The notes under the pieces were generated by a model, which saw nothing but the letters and a program-made list of their open reading frames with translations, did not search any database and was not told the DNA's origin. A program made the position numbers and the translations under genes. Shown here one piece after another: positions 36,584 to 45,574 of a stretch of 64,000 nt of DNA; the stretch's first letter is position 1, and the number at the start of each line of letters is the position of its first letter. Origin of the DNA: an uncultured Eubacteriales bacterium (GTDB lineage: Bacteria > Bacillota > Clostridia > Oscillospirales > CAG-272); NCBI GenBank assembly GCA_905201895.1, contig CAJKPX010000006.1, positions 2,656 through 66,655 of the forward strand, read 5' to 3'.

Positions 36584-36635
36584 AAAACGTTGTCAACCGA
36601 ATGGAAGCCCCATTTGGATTGGCAACGTTTTTTTA
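36584..36635. terminator. bidirectional terminator between convergent genes
   Basis: AACGTTGTCAA (36586-36596) pairs 10/11 with TTGGCAACGTT (36619-36629), followed by a T7 run, with an A-run upstream. Confidence 0.65.
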
Positions 36636-37493
36636 TTAAAGAGTAATCGTTACGATATAGTATCCCGTGTTGTCGGGCGAAAGATCACAATGCGCAAAGT
36701 CGGTTGGCAGGATCAACGCATCAGGAGAGAGCCGCGCGATAAGATACTCGCCGCTCTCGTACCAGACATTTGGCGTGAGGTGATCTATATACTCCTCCAG
36801 CGTAAGCTTGCTGTCGGTTATGATCCGTGCGTGAGGCTGACCCACGTAGCGCAGATGCCACGGCTCATAGGATATCCCCGTGATCGACCGAGCCCCGTCG
36901 GGATAGCGGATGATGTAGCCGTAATCCGCACAGGTGCGGTTGACCTCCCTGCCTGCTCGTGAACGCAGAAAGCGCATGCCGACAAAATGGGGCGCATAGA
37001 CGTCGAGCGCAAGCCCCACCTCGTGTTCACTGCATCCAACCGGGGCGGCAATACCGTCCTCTTTCGATGCGTTGATCTCTGCTTGCTCCTCGGACGTGCG
37101 GTAATCGCTTGATACGTAAATGCGAATTCCCGTTTTGGCCTGCACGTCATCACGCAGAGCAATATAGGGATCGCGCATCAGAGGATACATCCGCGCACCG
37201 TTGTATTCGATCAAATCAGGAGAAAAATTCTCGGGAATCGGATACTCGGAGTTGATCAGCATGAGCGAGATGGAGAACGTCACACGGTCACATGCCGCGA
37301 GCTCCTCCAGTGTCCAAACGTCCGTGTTTCCAGAGAGCGCGATCTCGGTCAGATCAATCTTTGCGCGCGGACGGGAACGCTCGATAAGCGGAAACCACCA
37401 TTCCCCGTGCACGTAGATCACTCCAATTGACACCACGAGAACAAGGCAGGCAAGCACTGCGAGCAAAATGCGATATTTTTTCTTAATCTTCAA
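36636..37493 (-). CDS. VanY-type D,D-carboxypeptidase (M15B), membrane-anchored
   Basis: SDYRTSEEQ ... CSEHEVGLALDV ... YGYIIRYPDGARSITGISYEPWHLRYVG. The preferred start is TTG at 37493, which overlaps the upstream stop (TTGA). The alternative ATG at 37565 would overlap the upstream gene by 76 nt. Confidence 0.8.
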   Translation of the reverse strand: MKIKKKYRILLAVLACLVLVVSIGVIYVHGEWWFPLIERSRPRAKIDLTEIALSGNTDVWTLEELAACDRVTFSISLMLINSEYPIPENFSPDLIEYNGARMYPLMRDPYIALRDDVQAKTGIRIYVSSDYRTSEEQAEINASKEDGIAAPVGCSEHEVGLALDVYAPHFVGMRFLRSRAGREVNRTCADYGYIIRYPDGARSITGISYEPWHLRYVGQPHARIITDSKLTLEEYIDHLTPNVWYESGEYLIARLSPDALILPTDFAHCDLSPDNTGYYIVTITL

Positions 37494-38203
37494 ATTGCAA
37501 ATCCTCCGTCGACCCCAATAGTCTGCCCTGTGATAAAGGACGCCGCATCTGATGCAAGGAAGCATACAGTCGACGCCACCTCCTCCGCACGTCCCATGCG
37601 GCAGAGCGGGGTCTCATCGCAGAGCGCACGCCGCGTTTCTTCGTCCAGCCCAGCGTTCATTTCGGTTTCGATCACCCCCGGCTCGATGCAGTTAACCGTG
37701 ATGCCAGAGGGTCCGAGCTCCTTGGCAAGCGCCATCGTCATGCCGCGAAGCCCCGCCTTTGCAGCCGAATAATGCACCTCGCAGGAGGAGCCGACCTTGC
37801 CCCACATCGAGCCGATATTGATGATTCGACCGCTCTTTTGCGAGATCATGGTCTTTGCCGCCTCACGCGTGACGTAAAACGCACCGCTGAGGTTGGTGTC
37901 GATCATTTGCCGCCAATCGGCATCGGTCAGATCGGTGAAAAGCTTGATCTGTGCGATTCCTGCGTTGTTGACCAACACGTCAACACCGCCAAGCCACTCG
38001 ATTGCCCTTGAAGTCGCCGCCTGTGCCAACGCAGGGTCTGAAATATCCGCACCAAAGGCATGCGCACCCGTTTCCTTCGCCAATGCCTCGGCGTGCGCCT
38101 TTTGCGTGTGATAGAAGAATGCCACGCTGTCACCCTGTGCCGCAAACGCGTGCACACATGCCGCGCCAATTCCGCGCGAGCCTCCCGTGATAAGAACCCT
38201 CAT
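37490..38203 (-). CDS. SDR-family oxidoreductase (FabG-like 3-oxoacyl-ACP reductase)
   Basis: MRVLITGGSRGIGAA (TGxxxGxG), NNAG and YSAAKAG catalytic motifs. The start is at 38203, not the track's 38431. Confidence 0.85.
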   Translation of the reverse strand: MRVLITGGSRGIGAACVHAFAAQGDSVAFFYHTQKAHAEALAKETGAHAFGADISDPALAQAATSRAIEWLGGVDVLVNNAGIAQIKLFTDLTDADWRQMIDTNLSGAFYVTREAAKTMISQKSGRIINIGSMWGKVGSSCEVHYSAAKAGLRGMTMALAKELGPSGITVNCIEPGVIETEMNAGLDEETRRALCDETPLCRMGRAEEVASTVCFLASDAASFITGQTIGVDGGFAI

Positions 38204-38279
38204 GTCTTCTTTTTCGTCAGGGCCGCCATAGCGGAACCCCCAACGCCTTTCCCATATATTTACGAGAAGAATTGCTTTC

Positions 38280-39122
38280 TTATTTGTACTCCGATACGGG
38301 CATGAGCGATTTGCCGTCGGTTTCAAAAATGATCTCTCCGTCAAGGTCTGTACGGCAAACCGTGACGCCCTCCGCACGAAGCTTTGCCAGAATTTCGCCG
38401 GTTGGATGCCCATAGGAATTTCCAGCCCCACAGGAGATCACGGCATAGGTCGGACGCATAGCGCGCAAAAAAGCAATCGAGGAGGAGGTGTTGGAACCGT
38501 GATGTCCAACCTTATAAAGATCACAAGCAAGCTGGGTGACACCAAAGCGCTCGATCAGCGTCGCTTCAGCCGCGCTGTCGGCATCGCCGGTCAGAATTGC
38601 AACGGTATCGCCATATGACACGCGCAAAACGATGCTGCTCTCGTTGCCACCGTCGGACACGTCGCCAATCGGAGCCAGAACCGCGAGCGTTGCACCGCCG
38701 ATCTGCGCAAGATGCGTTGAGCAGACCGTTTTGATCTCTGCCCCACTCTGCTCCGCCGCTCGCAAAAGCAGCCGCGCCGCCTCGTTTTCCATCGGAGCAG
38801 CGCTGATCCACACCTCATCGGTCAAGAAGCGCGAAAGCACGCCGTCAGCTCCGCCGATATGATCCTCGTCGGGATGCGTGAAAACCGCCAGGCGCAGAGA
38901 CCTGACTCCGAGCTGCTCCAGCCGCAGACAAAGCAGAGCCTCTGCCGCCTCATCGGCGGCATCCACTAAAATATCGCCGTCGGGTGTGCGAATCAGGAGC
39001 GCGTCTCCCTGACCTACGTCAAGGAAATGAAAGCGGACAACCTCCTCGCGCTCCGCACTGCGGCAAGCCACGAGCGAGAGCAAGAGCAGGATGGGCAGGA
39101 GTATTCGCAAAAGCCGTTTCAT
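38280..39122 (-). CDS. secreted ComEC/Rec2-related MBL-fold protein
   Basis: MKRLLRILLPILLLLSLVAC lipobox. FLDVGQGDALLI, FTHPDEDHIGG and YKVGHHGS are the ComEC C-terminal-domain motifs. Confidence 0.78.
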   Translation of the reverse strand: MKRLLRILLPILLLLSLVACRSAEREEVVRFHFLDVGQGDALLIRTPDGDILVDAADEAAEALLCLRLEQLGVRSLRLAVFTHPDEDHIGGADGVLSRFLTDEVWISAAPMENEAARLLLRAAEQSGAEIKTVCSTHLAQIGGATLAVLAPIGDVSDGGNESSIVLRVSYGDTVAILTGDADSAAEATLIERFGVTQLACDLYKVGHHGSNTSSSIAFLRAMRPTYAVISCGAGNSYGHPTGEILAKLRAEGVTVCRTDLDGEIIFETDGKSLMPVSEYK

Positions 39123-39283
39123 CGCGTCCATCTCCCTTCTCCCAGGTGTTCGGTTACAGTCAAAATCGACAGAAAACACCGTTCCGAAAATCAAACAACT
39201 CCAACTGATAGCTTATTATAGCACAAAAAAGGTATTTTTTCAATCTTTTTTTCAAAAAAAGTGAAAAACAAGAAAAATAACTC

Positions 39284-39312
39284 TTGACAGATCAAGGGGG
39301 TTGTGGTATAAT
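39284..39312 (+). promoter_or_regulatory. sigma-A-type promoter for rpsF-ssb-rpsR
   Basis: TTGACA (39284-39289), 17-nt spacer, TATAAT (39307-39312). Confidence 0.7.
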
Positions 39313-39401
39313 ACTGAATTGGTACGGGCTCGCGCCCGTCTCTCTGCCGTGCAAAAAAATAGATATAGCACGGTCGAATAGTCCATAGGGAGGTGTAAAA
39401 C

Positions 39402-39770
39402 ATGGAAAAAGTAATCAACTCTTATGAAGGCATGTTCATCGTAAGCCTGGCAAACGGCGAAGAGGCTGCTCTGGCAACTGTGAACAAGTTCAAGGCTCTG
39501 ATCGAGGCAAACGCCGAGGTCGTTGCAGTTGATGACTGGGGCAAGCGTCGTTTCGCATATCCGATTCAGGATATGAACGAAGGCTACTACACGGTCGTCA
39601 CCTTCAAGTGCGAGGGAGATTTCCCTGCAGAGCTTCAGCGTTTGATGAACATTGATGAGAGCGTTCTGCGCGCAATGGTCATCCGCTTGGAGCATGAGGC
39701 AGTTGCAAAGGCCGCAGAGGCTCCTGCTGAAGAAGCAGAGACCGAAGCAGCTCCTGCTGACGCAGAGTAA
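39402..39770 (+). CDS. rpsF: 30S ribosomal protein S6
   Basis: YEGMFIV...WGKRRFAYPIQDMNEGYYTVVTFK followed by an acidic tail. Conserved rpsF-ssb-rpsR order. Confidence 0.95.
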   Translation: MEKVINSYEGMFIVSLANGEEAALATVNKFKALIEANAEVVAVDDWGKRRFAYPIQDMNEGYYTVVTFKCEGDFPAELQRLMNIDESVLRAMVIRLEHEAVAKAAEAPAEEAETEAAPADAE

Positions 39771-39810
39771 TCAGGCTACCCCCACATTTTGAAGAAGGAG
39801 GCGTTTTCAG

Positions 39811-40281
39811 ATGTCAAGTTTGAATCTTAACAAGGTCGTTCTGTGCGGCAGACTCACGGCAGACCCCGAGCTCAGACAAACCAACAGCGGCATCGCAGTT
39901 GTTCGCTTCACGCTCGCAGTTAACCGCCGCGGATCGCGCAATGCAGACGGCACCCAGGCTCAGCCCCAAGCAGATTTCATTAGCGTGGTGGCATGGAGAG
40001 AGCGCGCAGAATTCATTTCGCGCTATTTCCGTAAGGGCTCGGCTCTTTGCATCACCGGCTCGATCCAAACCAGCAGCTGGCAGGATCAACAGGGTCAGAA
40101 ACGCTACGCCACCGAGGTTGTCGCAGACGAGGCAATGTTTGTCGACAGCAAAAACGAGAGCGGAAACGCATCTGCCAACGGGCAGTACGGCAACGACTCT
40201 TACAATGCTCCGTCCTATTCCTCTCCGGCAGGTGCGCCGAACTTTGAGGAGCTCAAGACGGACGACGATCTGCCCTTCTGA
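39811..40281 (+). CDS. ssb: single-stranded DNA-binding protein
   Basis: LNKVVLCGRLTADPELRQT...FISVVAWRERAEF OB-fold with the C-terminal DDDLPF tip. Confidence 0.95.
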   Translation: MSSLNLNKVVLCGRLTADPELRQTNSGIAVVRFTLAVNRRGSRNADGTQAQPQADFISVVAWRERAEFISRYFRKGSALCITGSIQTSSWQDQQGQKRYATEVVADEAMFVDSKNESGNASANGQYGNDSYNAPSYSSPAGAPNFEELKTDDDLPF

Positions 40282-40319
40282 TGAAGCGGCACAAATATTG
40301 AACAGGAGGATTTCATAAG

Positions 40320-40586
40320 ATGGATACGGCAAAAACCGAAGCAGTGGTTCGCCCGGCTCGTCCGGCTACCCCCAACCGCAGAAGAAGAAAGGTTTGCATC
40401 TTCTGCGCAGATAAGGTTGCTTTCATTGATTATAAGGACAGCGCAAAGCTCCGCAAGTTTATCAGCGAGCGCGGCAAGATTCTTCCCAGAAGAATCTCGG
40501 GCACCTGCGCAGTTCATCAGCGTGAGCTGAACACCGCAATCAAGCGTGCACGTAACATGGCTCTTCTGCCCTTCGTTACCGACTGA
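40320..40586 (+). CDS. rpsR: 30S ribosomal protein S18
   Basis: [65 protein letters not shown]. Confidence 0.95.
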   Translation: MDTAKTEAVVRPARPATPNRRRRKVCIFCADKVAFIDYKDSAKLRKFISERGKILPRRISGTCAVHQRELNTAIKRARNMALLPFVTD

Positions 40587-40602
40587 TTGTAAAAACAAAA
40601 AA

Positions 40603-40642
40603 ACGGAGAGGAAATCCAAGCGGGTTTCCTCTCCGTTTTTTT
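40603..40642. terminator. bidirectional terminator (rpsR / MATE gene)
   Basis: ACGGAGAGGAAA (40603-40614) pairs with TTTCCTCTCCGT (40625-40636), followed by a T-run, with an A-run upstream. Confidence 0.8.
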
Positions 40643-40648
40643 AGGCGA

Positions 40649-42034
40649 TCAAGTAATACTTTTCAGCTTTCCCCTTCTGTACCGTCTGTAAACAAACAAA
40701 AACATCAAGATATTTCCTAAAAGCATGAAGCACCAAGACACCAAAAAGCATGCCATTAGGCAGACGAAGGTTGGATACTGAGGGTAGATAAAGAACATCC
40801 ATATCATCCGTAGGACGAAGATGCTGATCATGGAGTTTGCAGCCGAAAAGGCGGAATATCCAAAAGCCTGCAGGGCGTGACCAATCACTGAATTGCTACC
40901 GCTGACACATACAAACAGTGTGATGAAGAACATGCGAACCATACCGAAATCAATCGCAGAGGGATCGTCGGAAAGAATCAGCCCCAGCCAGAAGCGTCCC
41001 GTTAAGAACATGAATACACCCATAACAAGACTACACGCTGCGCAAAGCCCCCATGCACGCCAAAAGATCTTTTTCACGCGATCGGGATTTTCTGCACCGA
41101 GATTCTGCCCCATAAAGGTAGTGGTTGTGGTTCCCATTGCGCCGTTGAACGCCGAGGAAAAGCCCTCGATAGTAGCAGCGGCGCTGTTTCCGGCGATTGC
41201 AGGAACGCCGTAGCTGTTGATTGCGGTCTGAATCTGCAAATTTGCCATTGGATAGAGCGCGTTGCTCAATGCAATCGGAACGCCATAGCGCATCATGCGT
41301 CCAAAGGTTGAGACATGCCATCGGATCTTGGATAATGCCACGCGACCTATGCCCTCCATCGTGCAAAGCCGACGCATCACCAAAAATGCACCGAGAACCT
41401 GCGCCGCTGCCGTGGCAATTGCAACTGCCGCCACCTTTTGCGGCAGGATCAGACACAGAATCACGTTGAGGAACACGTTGAGCAGTCCGCAGAGCATGAT
41501 ATAATACATTGGGCGTTGGGTGTCTCCGGAGGAACTGATAATTGCAGAACCGAAATTATAGACCATAATTGCCGGTGCCGTACTCACGTAAATCCGCAAA
41601 TACAGCAGCGCACCGTCATAGCAATCCACGGGACAATCGGTTAGGTTGAGAAAAAGCGGAATGAGGAAAAAGCCCACAATTGCGATCACACCGCCGATTG
41701 CAACGGCAGTGATCAACGAAGTACCAACGGTTTTATTCACACCGTCATGGTCCTTTGCACCGATCTGATGCGCCAGAATGATCTTTGTTCCGCTGGAAAG
41801 CCCAATAAAGGTGTTGACCAGCAAATGAACGATGGTTGTGGTTGCACCAACGGCGGCAACGGCAACCGAATCCGCCATATTTCCAAGCACCACAACGTCC
41901 ACTGCATTGAAAAGCGTTTGAATCAGCGTGCTGATCACCAGCGGCAGAGCATACAGAATGATCAATTTTACGATCGGTCCCTTTGTTGCATCAATTCGTT
42001 TTGCACCAAATAACACGAAAAAGCCCTCCCCCAT
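40649..42034 (-). CDS. MATE-family efflux transporter
   Basis: 12-TM ORF with the typical N-terminus (IDATKGPIVKLIILYALPLVISTLIQTLFNAVD). The start is chosen at MGEGFF (42034). Confidence 0.85.
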   Translation of the reverse strand: MGEGFFVLFGAKRIDATKGPIVKLIILYALPLVISTLIQTLFNAVDVVVLGNMADSVAVAAVGATTTIVHLLVNTFIGLSSGTKIILAHQIGAKDHDGVNKTVGTSLITAVAIGGVIAIVGFFLIPLFLNLTDCPVDCYDGALLYLRIYVSTAPAIMVYNFGSAIISSSGDTQRPMYYIMLCGLLNVFLNVILCLILPQKVAAVAIATAAAQVLGAFLVMRRLCTMEGIGRVALSKIRWHVSTFGRMMRYGVPIALSNALYPMANLQIQTAINSYGVPAIAGNSAAATIEGFSSAFNGAMGTTTTTFMGQNLGAENPDRVKKIFWRAWGLCAACSLVMGVFMFLTGRFWLGLILSDDPSAIDFGMVRMFFITLFVCVSGSNSVIGHALQAFGYSAFSAANSMISIFVLRMIWMFFIYPQYPTFVCLMACFLVSWCFMLLGNILMFLFVYRRYRRGKLKSIT

Positions 42035-42208
42035 TGCGAATCTCAAGCCTTCAAGATTATACCATACAACTCGAAAATAGTCAATCATTTTGCGTATTTT
42101 TGCATTCCGATATATCAAAAAAGCATAGCAGACGCAAGCTATGATTTCATAAAAAAGCGGGAATGCCGCCGCATGCCAAGCATTGGGGCATTCCCGTTTT
42201 TTTGGAGG

Positions 42209-42970
42209 TTAATTCTTTTCCTTGGCGTCAACTGCACGCAAAAAATCAATGCAACGCTTTGCTTCCTCGGGTCCCGTTGGATCAAGTCCCTCACTTTCGA
42301 TCACGATCTTGACGCCCATCTCGATCGCCTTTTTGCGAACCTCAAGCACGGGAGCCTCGCCGCTACCTACCGATTTGCCGACAGGCAGGCTTTCGGGGTC
42401 TGCCCAATTCTGCGGAATACCGTCCTTGAGATGGATAAAGTCGATGCGATCCTTGTATTTCTCCATCACGTCAATGGCGCGGAGTCCTGCGTTGAACGCC
42501 CAGAAGGTGTCGATCTGGAGCTTGACGTTGGTGCGTGCTGCCAGCTCCTCTTCCACGATCAGTCCGTCGAGATTTGGACGGAACTCTCTGGAGTGGTTGT
42601 GATAGTGGAGCTGAATGCCCTCTGCCGCAAGAATCGGCTGAACACGGTTGATCAGGTCAACCAGAACCGTAACCTCCTCGGCAGTATTGATCTTCGCTGC
42701 AGGGATAATCAGGTTTTGGCATCCGATCGTTTTGTGATAGGCAATGGTGTCGTTCAGAACGTCGGGTGTCAGATGCTTCACACCCGTGTGCGTGCTGCAG
42801 GCGGTGAGCCCGTAATGCTTGAGCATTGCCGCAACGTCCTCGGCAGAATTGTTGAAAAAGCCGGCGGGCTCAACCATGTCATAGCCCATCTCGGCTACCG
42901 CACGCAGAGCCGCCTCGTAATTCACCTCGGCAAGATCTCTCACACTGTAAAGCTGCAATCCGTATTTCAT
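42209..42970 (-). CDS. sugar-phosphate isomerase/epimerase (xylose-isomerase-like TIM barrel)
   Basis: MKYGLQLYSVRD...GYDMVE...LHYHNHSREF...IDFIHLKD pattern. The start is at 42970, not the track's 43174. Confidence 0.8.
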   Translation of the reverse strand: MKYGLQLYSVRDLAEVNYEAALRAVAEMGYDMVEPAGFFNNSAEDVAAMLKHYGLTACSTHTGVKHLTPDVLNDTIAYHKTIGCQNLIIPAAKINTAEEVTVLVDLINRVQPILAAEGIQLHYHNHSREFRPNLDGLIVEEELAARTNVKLQIDTFWAFNAGLRAIDVMEKYKDRIDFIHLKDGIPQNWADPESLPVGKSVGSGEAPVLEVRKKAIEMGVKIVIESEGLDPTGPEEAKRCIDFLRAVDAKEKN

Positions 42971-43160
42971 AATTGTGATCCTCTCTTTCCATTTGGATGC
43001 CAACTCCGGGGCATCTTTTTTTGTATTGTAACATATAGTCACAAAAAAAGCAACCTTTATCTCAAAAAAAGCAAATCCTATCCAAAAAGAAGCAAAATAT
43101 GTCTGTTTGAAAAACAAGACAATAAAAGAGCGGCCCCGAGCAGGAGCCGCTCCGCGTTTA

Positions 43161-44258
43161 TTACGATTGCTCAAGCGTCAAATCGCCCGGCTTGATCCAA
43201 CCGATCTTATAAAGAATCTCACTGAAGATGAGTGTCAGGCCAGCGGGCAGGATAAAGCAAATCAAGGCAAGTCCCACCCAATCGAGCACGCCAACGGTTG
43301 CGGGGTAGGAGCCGCCAAACCAACCGAGAATGATGCCGATCGGGCCGAGCATACCGCAGGTTCCCATGCCCGAATTGATAGCATCGCCGTACATCTGCAT
43401 GCGGAACACGCAGGTTGCGAGCGGTCCCGTGATCGCAGAGGTGAGGATCGTGGGAATCCAGATGCGAGGATTGTGAATAATATTGGGCATTTGAAGCATG
43501 CTCGTGCCAAGTCCCTGGGAAACGAGTCCGCCCCATTTGTTCTCCTTGAAGCTCATCACGGCAAATCCGATCATCTGCGCGCAGCAGCCAGCAACTGCCG
43601 CACCGCCTGCCATTGCGAGTCCTGCATAGTCCTTATCTGCCAGCATCTCCACGTTGTTCACCATGACGTAGACGGGAATACCCGAGAGTCCCAGCGCGGC
43701 GCAGATTGCCGCCGAGCTGATGGGAAGCGTGAGTGCGATGCCAACCGTGACCGATACGAGCATGCCCATGAGGAAGGGCTGCTGGGTCATGGCAAACGCG
43801 ATGATGTCGCTCACCACGCCAACCGCTCTGCCGATGTAGGGCGCACACCAGATGCTGAGCAGTCCGCCAACGAGCAGGGTGACGAAGGGGGTGACGAGAA
43901 TATCAACCTTGGTCTTTTTAGAAACCAGCATACCGATCTCTGCGGCAACGATCACGATCACCAGCACGGCAAGAGGTCCACCTGCACCACCGTTGGAGTT
44001 GGCAAGTGCGCCAACCGCCGCACAGGTGTAGATCACAAGCGGATGCGCCTTGAGCGAAAAGGCGATTGCCACCGCCATTGCAGGTCCCGCAACGCCCTGT
44101 GCGCCTGCACCGATTTTGGCAAAAATTCCGAGGTGCGGAATCATGCCGAGCGCCTTGAAGATCGTTCCGATCAGCAGAGAGGCAAAAAGTCCGAGCGCCA
44201 TGGCGCCCATCGCGTCGATAAAATAACGCTTTGCGTAGCGTTTTAAGGTTTCCTTCAT
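43161..44258 (-). CDS. PTS EIIC-like membrane protein (EIIC_2-type), no EIIA/EIIB/HPr genes adjacent
   Basis: 365-aa polytopic ORF (MKETLKRYAKRYFIDAMGAMALGLFASLLIG...). The family call is from memory of similar 'PTS transporter subunit IIC' proteins. Confidence 0.55.
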   Translation of the reverse strand: MKETLKRYAKRYFIDAMGAMALGLFASLLIGTIFKALGMIPHLGIFAKIGAGAQGVAGPAMAVAIAFSLKAHPLVIYTCAAVGALANSNGGAGGPLAVLVIVIVAAEIGMLVSKKTKVDILVTPFVTLLVGGLLSIWCAPYIGRAVGVVSDIIAFAMTQQPFLMGMLVSVTVGIALTLPISSAAICAALGLSGIPVYVMVNNVEMLADKDYAGLAMAGGAAVAGCCAQMIGFAVMSFKENKWGGLVSQGLGTSMLQMPNIIHNPRIWIPTILTSAITGPLATCVFRMQMYGDAINSGMGTCGMLGPIGIILGWFGGSYPATVGVLDWVGLALICFILPAGLTLIFSEILYKIGWIKPGDLTLEQS

Positions 44259-44483
44259 GTGTTGTCCTCCTTTTGACAAGCCATTTTTTCTGTTTTTCGA
44301 TCGGCAAAAGTATACCACATAAGTTGACAAGCGTGCAAGACGGAAATTGACGAATCTCTCCGCATTTTGGAAATATAAATAGAAACTATTAGACAAGTTT
44401 TTCTTTGACAGCTGCAAAGCAAGCGTCCAAGCGCAAAAAAAACGCGTGAGGATAGAATCTTAAGAAAAAAACACGCCGCACAC

Positions 44484-44512
44484 TTGACAAAATCCACCGT
44501 TCGAGGTACAAT
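44484..44512 (+). promoter_or_regulatory. sigma-A-type promoter for the CPBP protease gene
   Basis: TTGACA (44484-44489), 17-nt spacer, TACAAT (44507-44512). Confidence 0.6.
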
Positions 44513-44555
44513 ATAAGCGATGTAAAACGGAATCTGAACGGAGGAATATCACAAG

Positions 44556-45557
44556 ATGAAAAAGCTGCTTACAAGACCGCAAATGCTGTACGAGGCACGG
44601 CAGAACGGAAACGGACATGCACTCGGGCTTGAGGTCTTGTTCTTTATCATCGTTTTTTTCGTTTCACAGTCTATCCTGTCCATCCCCGTTACGGTTGCCA
44701 TGCTGCTCCGCGTCTTTCTCACGGCAGAGGGACAGGCAATTCTTTTGGAAATGATGGAGGGAGGCAGCTCCGACGCACTCTACACCATGCTGGCAGCCCC
44801 TTCCGACGCGATCATGCTCGTGCAGCTCTTTTCCACAGCACTTGCAACCGCAGCAGCAATCGTTTACTGCCGCATCATTGAGAAGCGTTCGCTCTCCTCG
44901 ATGGGACTGCGCCGCCGCGGACTCTTGCGTGAATACGGAATCGGCACGCTGATCGGCATTGCGCTGATCTCCGTCTGCGTTGGACTCTGCCTGCCATTTG
45001 GCGCGATCCGCCTTGAGGCACAGGCATTCTCCCCCGTTCTTTGGGTCCTCTTTTTGCTCGGCTTTCTCATTCAGGGTATGAGCGAGGAGGTGCTCTGCCG
45101 CGGATATATGATGGTGTCGGTCTCTCGTCGACATTCACTCGTTTTGGCGGTTCTGACCAACTCGGTGCTCTTTGGTCTGCTCCATATTTTCAACCCCGGC
45201 TTTGGTCTGCTCCCGCTACTCAACATCGTCCTGTTCGGCATTTTGGAATCGGTCTACGTGCTCAAGAGAGGCGATCTCTGGGGCGCCTGTGCCATTCACA
45301 GCATCTGGAATTTCTTTCAGGGCAACGTGTTCGGCATCAGCGTAAGCGGTATGGAGCTTTCCACCTCGCCGCTTCGTGCAACGGTCAATTCCTCTTTTGA
45401 ATGGCTCAACGGCGGCTCATTTGGTCTGGAGGGCGGCGTTGCGGTCACTCTCGTGCTCGCGATTGCCTGCGTCCTCGTGCTCTTTTTGATGCCCAACAGC
45501 GAAACCGAAGCAGAAAATGAACAAGTAAACAGTAACCTGCCGTCTCTGGCAGACTGA
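44556..45557 (+). CDS. CPBP-family intramembrane glutamic endopeptidase (CAAX protease/Abi)
   Basis: EEVLCRGYMM (EExxxR) and FGLLH motifs within a polytopic protein. Confidence 0.85.
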   Translation: MKKLLTRPQMLYEARQNGNGHALGLEVLFFIIVFFVSQSILSIPVTVAMLLRVFLTAEGQAILLEMMEGGSSDALYTMLAAPSDAIMLVQLFSTALATAAAIVYCRIIEKRSLSSMGLRRRGLLREYGIGTLIGIALISVCVGLCLPFGAIRLEAQAFSPVLWVLFLLGFLIQGMSEEVLCRGYMMVSVSRRHSLVLAVLTNSVLFGLLHIFNPGFGLLPLLNIVLFGILESVYVLKRGDLWGACAIHSIWNFFQGNVFGISVSGMELSTSPLRATVNSSFEWLNGGSFGLEGGVAVTLVLAIACVLVLFLMPNSETEAENEQVNSNLPSLAD

Positions 45558-45574
45558 CAGAAAGGAAACTCGAT

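Noticed and set aside
42209-44258. A complete PTS sugar-uptake operon
   Set aside because: Only an EIIC-like membrane protein and a sugar-phosphate isomerase/epimerase are present. No EIIA, EIIB, HPr or EI genes are nearby, so no pathway claim is made.
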